From assembly GCA_964518505.1 (NCBI GenBank), contig CAZFGT010000003.1, forward strand, positions 26,589 through 90,588: a stretch of 64,000 nucleotides of DNA, in the 5' to 3' direction. Positions 54,065 through 64,000 of this stretch are shown in pieces. Numbering within the stretch: position 1 is the first letter of the stretch; each line of letters begins with the position of its first letter. The stretch is from an uncultured Anaerolineaceae bacterium (lineage in GTDB: Bacteria; Chloroflexota; Limnocylindria; Limnocylindrales; CSP1-4). The notes below the pieces were generated by a model. The model was not told where the DNA came from, did no database searches, and worked only from the letters and a program-made list of their open reading frames with translations. The position numbers and the translations under genes were made by a program.

Positions 54065-56511
54065 GCCCGGATCCGTTCGTTGGCCGGGTCGTACAGCGGC
54101 TCGCGGGTCACGATCCCGCCGACCCACGTGCCGAAGACGTCCACCTCCACGCGCGTCCCAAGCGCGGCGTGGGCGGCGGGCAGATAGGCGTAGGCGATGC
54201 TGCGCTCGACGGCATAGCCAAAACCGCCGGACGTGACCCGCCCGACCACCCGCCCGTCCACGCGCACGGGCTCGTTGCCCAGGGCGATCGAGCGTGGATC
54301 GTCGAGCACGAGGCACCGCAGCCGGCGCGCCGGCGGTCCCGCCTCGCGCGCGGCCCGCAGCGCAGCCTGGCCGATGAACTCCGCCGCCTTGTCCAGCCGC
54401 ACGGCGAAGCCCAGGCCGGCCATGTCGGGCGTCTCCTCGGGCGTGATGTCGCTTGACCAGACCCGGTAGCCCTTCTCCAGGCGCAGCGCGTCGATGGCCC
54501 GGTAGCCGCCGGCCACGAGCCCCTGCGGCTGGCCCTGGGCCCAGATCGTGCGCCACAGCGTCCGCCCGTACTCGCTCGGCGGGTACAGCTCCCAGCCCAG
54601 CTCGCCGACGTAGGTCACGCGGAGGGCCAGGACCGGGACGCTGCCGATGGTGATCTCGCGGGCGGTGAGGTAGGGGAAGGCGGCGTCGCTCAGGTCGTCA
54701 CGGGTGAGGGGCGCCAGGATCTCCCGCGCCAGTGGTCCCCACAGCCCCAGGCAGGCCCTGGCCGCGGTGATGTCGCGCAGCAGGACCGAGCCGTCGTCCG
54801 GGGCATGCTGGCGGATCCACCCCAGGTCGTGGTTGCCGAAGGCGGTGCCGGTCACGATCAGGAAGCGATCCTCGGCCCAGTGCGTGACCGTGAAATCGCT
54901 CTCGATGCCGCCGCGCCGGTTGAGGAGCTGGGTGTAGACGATGCTGCCGACCGGGCGGTCGACGTCGTTGGCGCAGAGGTTCTGCAGGAAGGCGCAGGCG
55001 CCGGGGCCGGCCACCTCGATCTTGGCGAAGCTGCTCTCGTCGAAGAGGACCGCCCGCCGCCGGCAGGCCAGCGCCTCGGCGCCGATGGCCGTCGACCAGT
55101 GTTCGCCGGCCCAGCCGCGCGGCCGCTGAGCCTCCAGCTCGGCCCGCGTCGCCACGCCGGCCCCATCCTCGTTGCCGGCGAACCAGTTGGGTCGCTCCCA
55201 GCCGGACTTCTCGCCGAAGACCGCGCCGAGCGCGGCGAGCTCCTCATAGGCCGGCGAGAGGCGCAGCGGCCGGCCCGCCTGGCGCTCCTCGTTGGGGTAG
55301 TGGATGTCGTAGTAGGTGGCGTAGTTCTCATACGTCCGGGCGAGCGTGTACGCCTGGCTGCGGTACTGCGGTCCGAAGCGCCGGATGTCCATCTTCCACA
55401 GGTCCAGCTCCGGCTCGCCGTCGACGATCCAGCGGGCCACCTGCTGGCCGATGCCGCCGGCGCCGGCGATGCCGTGGGCGCAGAAGCCGGCGGCGACGAA
55501 GAAGCCGCGCACGGCCGACTCGCCCAGGATGAACTCGTTGTCCGGCGTGAACGCCTCCGGGCCGTTGATGAGCCGCGTCACCTCCGCGTCGGCCATCGAC
55601 GGGACGCGGCGCACGGCGCCCTGCATGATCGCCTCGAAGCGGGGCCAATCGGGTGGCAGCAGCCGGCCGTTGAAGTCGGGCGGCACCCCGTCAAGCGCCC
55701 ACGGGGCCGGGTCCCGCTCGTAGCCGCCCATGCACAGGCCGCCGACCTCCTCACGGAAGTAGACGAGGTTGTCAGGGTCGCGCATGGTGGGCATGTCAGC
55801 GGTGACCCCGGCCAGGGGTCTTGTCAGCAGGTACTGGTGCGCCATGGGGATGATCGGCACGTCCACCCCGGCCAGGCGCCCGATCTCCGGCGCGCACATA
55901 CCGGCCGCGTCGACCACCACGTCGGCCACGATCTCGCCGCGGTCGGTGGTCACGCCACGGACGCGCCCCTGTTCGACGCGGATGGCCGTGACGCGGTGCT
56001 CGGTCAGGATGCGAGCGCCACGTGCCCGCGCCCCGGCGGCCAGGGCGAGGGCGAGGTTGGAGGGGTCGAGCCATCCGTCGGTCGGCAGGTAGACCGCCCC
56101 GAGCACACCGGTCGGGTCCATGAGCGGGAAGCGCGCCTGCGTCTGAGCCGTCGTCAGCAGCTCAAGCGGCAGGCCGAAGGTGCGCGCCCAGCCCACCTGG
56201 CGCTGCAGCTCCTCGAAGCGCGCCGGCGTGCTGGCCAGGCGCAACGAGCCCACCTCGTGCCACGAGACGTCCACCCCCGTCTCGGCGCCCAGGCGCCGGT
56301 ACAGCGCCGCGCCGTACATCATCATGCGGGTCAGGGTCGTGGTGCTGCGGAGCTGGCCCACCAGGCCGGCCGAATGGAACGTCGAGCCGCTGGTGAGACC
56401 CGCCCGATCGACCAGGACCACGTCCCGCCAACCGAGCTCGGTCAGGTGGTAGGCGATGCTCGTGCCGCCGACGCCGCCGCCGATGATGACTGCCTGGGCG
56501 TGCTCGACCAT
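54061..56511 (-). CDS. FAD-dependent oxidoreductase fused to an aminomethyltransferase (GcvT) domain; dimethylglycine/sarcosine dehydrogenase family
   Basis: N-terminal DAO Rossmann motif (AQAVIIGGGVGGTSIAYHL) and a C-terminal GcvT-like folate-binding domain (…GYRAIDALRLEKGYR…). Start at MVEHAQ; the first ~246 codons of the ORF are not coding. Confidence 0.8.
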   Translation of the reverse strand: MVEHAQAVIIGGGVGGTSIAYHLTELGWRDVVLVDRAGLTSGSTFHSAGLVGQLRSTTTLTRMMMYGAALYRRLGAETGVDVSWHEVGSLRLASTPARFEELQRQVGWARTFGLPLELLTTAQTQARFPLMDPTGVLGAVYLPTDGWLDPSNLALALAAGARARGARILTEHRVTAIRVEQGRVRGVTTDRGEIVADVVVDAAGMCAPEIGRLAGVDVPIIPMAHQYLLTRPLAGVTADMPTMRDPDNLVYFREEVGGLCMGGYERDPAPWALDGVPPDFNGRLLPPDWPRFEAIMQGAVRRVPSMADAEVTRLINGPEAFTPDNEFILGESAVRGFFVAAGFCAHGIAGAGGIGQQVARWIVDGEPELDLWKMDIRRFGPQYRSQAYTLARTYENYATYYDIHYPNEERQAGRPLRLSPAYEELAALGAVFGEKSGWERPNWFAGNEDGAGVATRAELEAQRPRGWAGEHWSTAIGAEALACRRRAVLFDESSFAKIEVAGPGACAFLQNLCANDVDRPVGSIVYTQLLNRRGGIESDFTVTHWAEDRFLIVTGTAFGNHDLGWIRQHAPDDGSVLLRDITAARACLGLWGPLAREILAPLTRDDLSDAAFPYLTAREITIGSVPVLALRVTYVGELGWELYPPSEYGRTLWRTIWAQGQPQGLVAGGYRAIDALRLEKGYRVWSSDITPEETPDMAGLGFAVRLDKAAEFIGQAALRAAREAGPPARRLRCLVLDDPRSIALGNEPVRVDGRVVGRVTSGGFGYAVERSIAYAYLPAAHAALGTRVEVDVFGTWVGGIVTREPLYDPANERIRA

Positions 56512-56519
56512 CGCGCGGC

Positions 56520-57494
56520 CTACAGCAGGCCGAACGAGGCGGGCAGGTAGCCGTCCCAGGCCGGACCCTCGCGGTTGCCGGACCACAGGGCGGGGTTGCC
56601 GTTGATGCGCATACCCCCCTCGATGAGGGGCACCAGGCTGGTCGAGTGGCCCGGGACGTAGACGCGCCATGCGCCGCCCGGTTCGAGCCGGCCCAGCAGG
56701 TCGCCCGTCACGGCCGGCAGGAGCGCCGCATCGCGCACGGCGATGGGGCCGGCGCGTCCGCTGGCGTGGACGTAGCCGTAGCCCAGCGGCCCCCCGTCGC
56801 GTCCCCGGTAGCGCACCAGCAGGCGGCCGTCGGCCATGAAACCCAGGTGATCGTGCCGGCGCCGCCAGCCCAGCACCCGGCGGTCGGTGGCGTCGAGCTC
56901 GGCCAGCAGGTCGGTGGGCAGCGAGGCCGGGTCGACCGGCTCGCTGGCGGTCATCTTGGTGTGGCCCGGTCGGGCGTGGAAGGGGACGGCCACGACCCCG
57001 TCCGGCAGGGGGGCCAGCGCCCCGGGACGCGGCCGGCCAAGGACCTCGTAGATGGGCACTCGCGGCAGCAGGCCGAACGTGGCGTAGAGGCCGGCCGAGA
57101 TGGGCTGAAGGGCGTCGATGCAGGTGTGGTGGAGCGCGCCCGGCGCCGCGGCCGGGCTGCCCGGACCGGGGACCAGGCGCCGCAGGATGCCGCGGCCCAC
57201 GCCCGCGGTCTGGATGCCCGGCTCGACGAAGAGGAACGACAGGAACCACGTCGCCTCTCGTTCGATGGCGATCCCGAAACCGGCCGGTCGCCCGTCGGGT
57301 TTCGCCGCGACCCAGGCGCGGCCGCCCTCCCCGAAGGCCAGGTCAGCGAAGAAGGACGCCAGGCCGTCGCCTTCGTCGGGCGGCAGCGAGGGCTGGTTCC
57401 AGCGGGCGAACAGCTCGTTGATGGAGCTGAAGAAGACCTCCAGGCAGGCGCTCACGTCGGCGCGGGTCATGGGCCGCTCGACGAGCTCGGTCAC
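56520..57494 (-). CDS. GNAT-fold acetyltransferase-like protein
   Basis: GNAT motif A (FLSFLFVEPGIQTAGVGRGIL) in the N-terminal domain. About 320 aa. Confidence 0.45.
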   Translation of the reverse strand: MTELVERPMTRADVSACLEVFFSSINELFARWNQPSLPPDEGDGLASFFADLAFGEGGRAWVAAKPDGRPAGFGIAIEREATWFLSFLFVEPGIQTAGVGRGILRRLVPGPGSPAAAPGALHHTCIDALQPISAGLYATFGLLPRVPIYEVLGRPRPGALAPLPDGVVAVPFHARPGHTKMTASEPVDPASLPTDLLAELDATDRRVLGWRRRHDHLGFMADGRLLVRYRGRDGGPLGYGYVHASGRAGPIAVRDAALLPAVTGDLLGRLEPGGAWRVYVPGHSTSLVPLIEGGMRINGNPALWSGNREGPAWDGYLPASFGLL

Positions 57495-58595
57495 GCGCCG
57501 CCGCCGGTCTGGTCGGTCGCTTCGCGTTCCAGCTCGGCGGTCATGAAGGCGTCCAGGTCGCCGTCCAGGACCGAGCCCGTGTTGCTGGTCTCGACCTGCG
57601 TGCGCAGGTCCTTGACCATCTGGTAGGGGTGCAGCACGTAGGAACGGATCTGGTTGCCCCAGCCGGCCTCCACGTGCTCGCCGCGGATGGCCCGCATCTC
57701 GGCCTCCTTCTCCTCCAGGCGCCGTTCCAGGAGGCGCGCCTTGAGGACCTTGATGGCCGTCTCGCGGTTCTGGATCTGCGACCGCTCGTTCTGGCTCTGG
57801 GCCACGATGCCCGTGGGCAGGTGGGTCAGGCGAACGGCCGAGTCGGTCTTGTTGACGTGCTGGCCGCCGGCGCCCTGGGAGCGGTACGTATCGACCCGGA
57901 TCTCATCCCAGTCGAGCTCGATCTCCGCATCGTCCTCCACCTCGGGGACCACCTCGATGAGGGCGAAGGTCGTCTGACGGCGCTTCTGGGCATCGAAGGG
58001 GCTGATGCGCACGAGGCGGTGGACGCCGCGCTCCGCCCGCAGCCAGCCGTAGGCCATGCGCCCGTGGACCCCCACGGTGACGCTCTTGAGGCCGGCCTGC
58101 TCACCCTCCAGCTGGTCCACGATCTCGCTGGCGAAGCGGTGTCGCTCCGCCCACCGCAGGTACGTCCGCAGCAGCATCTCGGCCCAGTCGGTGGCCTCGG
58201 TGCCGCCGGCCCCGGCGCTGATGGTCAGGAGGGCGTCCCGTTCGTCGTAGGGGCCGCCGAACAGCAGGTCGGTGCGCTGCCGCTCGTAGTCAGCCAGCAG
58301 CCCCTCGTACTCCGCGTCGACGCTGGCGGCGAAGTCGGGGTCCTGCTGCGCCATCTCGGTCAGCTCCAGGAGGTCGCCCGCCCGTGCCTGCAGGCCGCTC
58401 CACAACTCGATCTCCTCGCGCAGCCGCTCGGCGCGCCTGAGGGTGCGCTGGGCTGCCCGGGGGTCGTCCCACAGGTCCGGCCGCGCGGCGACCTCGTCGA
58501 GGCCGGCCAGGGTCAGGGTCTTGGCGTCGAGGTCAAAGCCGCCCCGAGGTCGCTCGGACGCGGTCGACCAGGTCACGGACGGCAGATGCGTCCAC
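57491..58595 (-). CDS. prfB: Peptide chain release factor 2, with the programmed +1 frameshift site
   Basis: SPF and GGQ motifs (SQGAGGQHVNKTDSAVRLTHLPTGIV). The main frame runs 57491..58576. A 0-frame N-terminus (GTG 58595: VDASAVRDLVDRVRATSGRL) ends at CUU UGA C (58538..58532) and is preceded by GGGG. The protein aligns to E. coli RF2 across the shift. Confidence 0.8.
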
Positions 58596-58822
58596 TACTG
58601 GCGGTTCCGCAGGTCCTGGAGCAGGACGGGGCGCAACTCGATGATGCGCAGCGCAGTCTTGCTTCGAGCGACGACGGGGTTCACGCAGGGGCAGTACGAG
58701 TTATGAGGGCAGACGCCGCAGTTGCCGTCGCAATCCAGCCACGCGGCGTAACTGCACGACCGGCAGTCACGCTCGCAGGCGATCAGATCGACGAATTCGT
58801 CGTCGACGGCGCCTGACTTCAC
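58595..58822 (-). CDS. Candidate small Cys-rich protein (75 aa, 9 Cys, two C-x3-C-x2-C motifs) immediately upstream of prfB
   Basis: GTG start at 58822 is preceded by the purine-rich GGGAGAGGGAGCGAGGGA. GC3 is about 85% (coding-like). Its stop TAG overlaps the prfB GTG (TAGTG). It has no recognised family. Confidence 0.35.
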   Translation of the reverse strand: MKSGAVDDEFVDLIACERDCRSCSYAAWLDCDGNCGVCPHNSYCPCVNPVVARSKTALRIIELRPVLLQDLRNRQ

Positions 58823-58984
58823 CCGATCCCTCGCTCCCTCTCCCGGCCGCGTCTGGGCAATGACTCACGTCGCGGAGTGCCGGGCCTGGCAGATCGAACG
58901 CCGTCGGGCTGGGCCGCCGGCGTGTTTTCGGAAGTATACGGAGGGGATCGTCCCGACTCAAGGGGTCAGGCCAGGAAGAACGGC

Positions 58985-59571
58985 CTAATGGCTGAAGAAG
59001 TACAGGGCGAGGCCGCCCAACTCGTGGACCATGGCGTCGGCCAGGCTCGAGGGGTCGGCGTCGGTCGGGCTGTCGGTGGCCGGCGAGCCGTACGCCGTCA
59101 GGCCCAGGTCGGTGGCCATGCGGAGGACCCGCAGCATGTGGGTCCGGTCGCTGACGAAGATGGCGCTCGTCAGGCCGTTCTGGCGAAAGACGGCGGCCAC
59201 GTTGGTCAGCGACTCCAGGGTGTCGCGGCCCGTTTGCTCGTCGAGGATGCGATCGTCGGGCACGCCATGCGCCACGGCGTAGGCGCGTGCCGTCTGGGCC
59301 TCCGTGAAGTGGTCGCCGGGGGCCCGGCCACCAGTGACCACGAGGTACCGCACTGAGCCGCGCCGGAAGACGGCCAGGGCGTGATCGAGACGCGCCCGGA
59401 AGACGGGCGACGGGACCCCGTTGTATTGCGCCGCCCCCAGCACCACGACGGCGTCGGCCGGGCGGTCGCCCTCATCCACCTGTCCCTGCTGCCAGATGCG
59501 GAAGGCCGTGTACCCCGTGACACCGACCGTGCCGACCACGACCGCCAGGCCCACCCGGGCCAGGGACCCGG

Positions 59572-59587
<16 letters not shown>
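58985..59587 (-). CDS. DUF218 (YdcF/SanA/ElyC-like) membrane-anchored protein
   Basis: N-terminal TM (RVGLAVVVGTVGVTGYTAF) followed by a DUF218 core (AVVVLGAAQYNG…YLVVTGG…IFVSDRTHMLR). GTG start overlaps the secA 3' end by about 16 nt. Confidence 0.6.
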
Positions 59588-62490
<2,903 letters not shown>

Positions 62491-62896
62491 GGGAAGCGAA
62501 AGTATAGGGCGGGTCGTTCGTTTGGCCGTGCTCGCCGTTCAGGGTCGGAGTCGTCGGCCGGCCACATGGCCACGTGGCGGAGGCGGCTGCGTTCACGGTG
62601 GGTGGACGATCCTGCCCCGAGGAGCCCGGCCGTCGGCTCCGAGGTCGGCCTGCGCGGCTTTTGGTCACTCGGGGTGAACATCTGGGGCCGATAGCGCCTG
62701 CCGGCTACCCGCGATGGCTCCTTGGGCGGCGTTTCGTTCACTGGCTGTGACGGAATGCCGCCGAGCGCGGCCCTTCGGGCCCGCGGCGCGCCTTGGACGC
62801 GAGAACGTTCACTCTGAGTGACGCCCGAGCCTGGATGGTGTGTCGACGTCGCAGCCAGGCCGCGACGGCCGCCGCGCCCTCGGGCGCTGCGGTGCG

Positions 62897-63124
62897 TCAG
62901 TGCCAGAAGCCGGTCAGGTAGCCCAGCAGCAGGAGGACGAGGGTCAAGCCGGCCAGGCCGCCGAAGAGGAGCACGCCCTGGAGCGGGCCGGCGGTCTCTG
63001 ATTCGGGATTGGCGAGCCGCGAAGGGGCCCAGCGGGCAGTCCGCAGGCGCGTGCGCCAGTCGCGCGGCTGGACCGGCCGCGGCTCGAGGCCCCCCTCGAC
63101 GGGTCGGTAGAGCTTGAGGCTCAC
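62897..63124 (-). CDS. Hypothetical small tail-anchored membrane protein (75 aa), translationally coupled to prs
   Basis: GTG start overlaps the prs TGA (GTGA). C-terminal TM (VLLFGGLAGLTLVLLLLGYL). No family recognised. Confidence 0.3.
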   Translation of the reverse strand: MSLKLYRPVEGGLEPRPVQPRDWRTRLRTARWAPSRLANPESETAGPLQGVLLFGGLAGLTLVLLLLGYLTGFWH

Positions 63125-64000
63125 CGAGCGGCCGCCGGCTCGAGGGGCCCGTCGCCCGGCTGCGCGATCGGCTCGTTGCCCTCCCAGAGGAGCATCTCCT
63201 CCACCAGCTGGAGTTCGCTGGAGAAGAGCGCCCCGACCGACTCGCCATCGTGGATGCGCCGGATGGCCTCGCCGATCAAGGGGGCCACCGACAGCTGCCG
63301 GATCTTGGCGATGCGCTTGGCCGGGGTCAGCGGCACGGTGTCGGTGACGACCACCTCCAGGAGCGCCGACTCGCGGATGCGGTCGATGGCCGGATCACTC
63401 AGGACGCCGTGCGTGGCGCATGCGTAGATCTCCGTGACGCCCTCCTTCTCGAGGGCGCGGACCGTCTCCATGAGCGTGCCCGCCGTGTCGATCTCGTCGT
63501 CGACGATGATGGCCCGCCGCCCGGCCACCTCACCGATGACGTTCAGCAGCTCCGCCCGGTCCAGGTTGCCCTGGCGCCGCTTCTCGATGATGGCCAGCGG
63601 GGCATCCAGCAGCTCGGCGAAGGCGCGGGCCCGCTTGGCGAAGCCCAGGTCGGTCACCACGACCAGGTCCTCCAGCTGCTTGCGCCGGAAGTAGTTGCTG
63701 AGGAGGTGGACGGCGGTCAGTTCGTCGACGGGGATGCTGAAGAAGCCCTGGATCTGGCCCTGGTGGAGGTCCATGGTGAGCATCCGGTCGGCGCCCGCCA
63801 CCTGCAGCATGTCGGCGATGAGGCGCGCCGTGATCGGTACCCGCGGCTGGTCCTTCTTGTCTGACCGGCCGTAGGCATAGAACGGCACCACGGCCGTGAT
63901 CCGCCCGGCGCTGGCCCGCTTGAACGCGTCGATCATGATCAGGAGTTCCATGATCGACTTGTTGACGGGCGCGCAGGTGGGCTGGATCAGGTAGACGTCG
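63121..64000 (-). CDS. prs: Ribose-phosphate pyrophosphokinase (N-terminus beyond the window end)
   Basis: DVYLIQPTCAPVNKSIMELLIMIDAFKRASA…VVTDLGFAKRA…IVDDEIDTAGT (PRPP-binding loop). The reading frame is open to position 64000. Confidence 0.9.
   Translation of the reverse strand, partial: DVYLIQPTCAPVNKSIMELLIMIDAFKRASAGRITAVVPFYAYGRSDKKDQPRVPITARLIADMLQVAGADRMLTMDLHQGQIQGFFSIPVDELTAVHLLSNYFRRKQLEDLVVVTDLGFAKRARAFAELLDAPLAIIEKRRQGNLDRAELLNVIGEVAGRRAIIVDDEIDTAGTLMETVRALEKEGVTEIYACATHGVLSDPAIDRIRESALLEVVVTDTVPLTPAKRIAKIRQLSVAPLIGEAIRRIHDGESVGALFSSELQLVEEMLLWEGNEPIAQPGDGPLEPAAAR

Noticed and set aside
54061-57249. Treating the full 1062-aa ORF as the gene
   Set aside because: The first ~246 codons are Arg/Pro/Gly-rich nonsense that overlaps the downstream GNAT gene on the same strand. 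The DAO Rossmann motif begins right after the internal Met at 56511.
58576-58597. Interpreting the in-frame UAG 6 codons upstream of the RF2 main-frame GTG as stop-codon readthrough or a pseudogene
   Set aside because: The canonical CUU-UGA-C frameshift site 40 nt downstream and a well-conserved -1-frame N-terminus explain the arrangement. The UAG instead terminates the upstream small ORF.

Overview
This is a ~70% GC chromosomal segment, probably from an Actinobacteria-like (Terrabacteria) genome, and it spans the replication origin.

**Main blocks, left to right**
- **1–11 kb:** a respiratory complex I (nuo) operon in the order nuoH, nuoI/E fusion, nuoF, G-like subunit, nuoJ, K, L, M, N. Its electron-input module is rearranged. 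NuoI is truncated and fused to a NuoE-like domain. NuoG is replaced by a [2Fe-2S] + GltD (glutamate synthase small subunit-like) flavoprotein + 2x[4Fe-4S] ferredoxin fusion.
- **11–15.4 kb:** cell-envelope and accessory genes: an OtsB-like phosphatase, a TlpA-like thioredoxin, a sortase-like protein and an MFS efflux pump.
- **15.4–21.7 kb:** a translationally coupled operon resembling phosphatidylinositol / phosphatidylinositol-mannoside (PIM) biosynthesis: arsR, CDP-alcohol phosphatidyltransferase, inositol-1-phosphate synthase, two tandem LpxL/HtrB-type acyltransferases, a PHP phosphoesterase and a PimA-like GT4.
- **21.7–30.7 kb:** a cell-envelope glycosylation locus: a secreted CAP-domain protein with three CWB2 repeats, a 1698-aa double GT-C (PMT/GT39-containing) fusion, and a divergent GT-C + polyprenyl-phosphate-sugar synthase (GT2) pair.
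- **33.4–43.6 kb:** the origin region: DUF721, recF, dnaN, an oriC DnaA-box cluster, dnaA, then csaA-like, mgtC, rpmH, rnpA, yidD, yidC, jag and a GNAT.
- **43.9–64 kb:** tmRNA (ssrA) and smpB, ctpA, ftsX, ftsE, a choline/ethanolamine-kinase-like gene with an APC permease, an S33 lipoprotein peptidase, an inositol monophosphatase, a dimethylglycine-dehydrogenase-like flavoenzyme, prfB (with the canonical +1 frameshift site), a DUF218 gene, secA and prs (partial).

No CRISPR array, transposase or integrase was seen. Many long antisense ORFs are high-GC artefacts.
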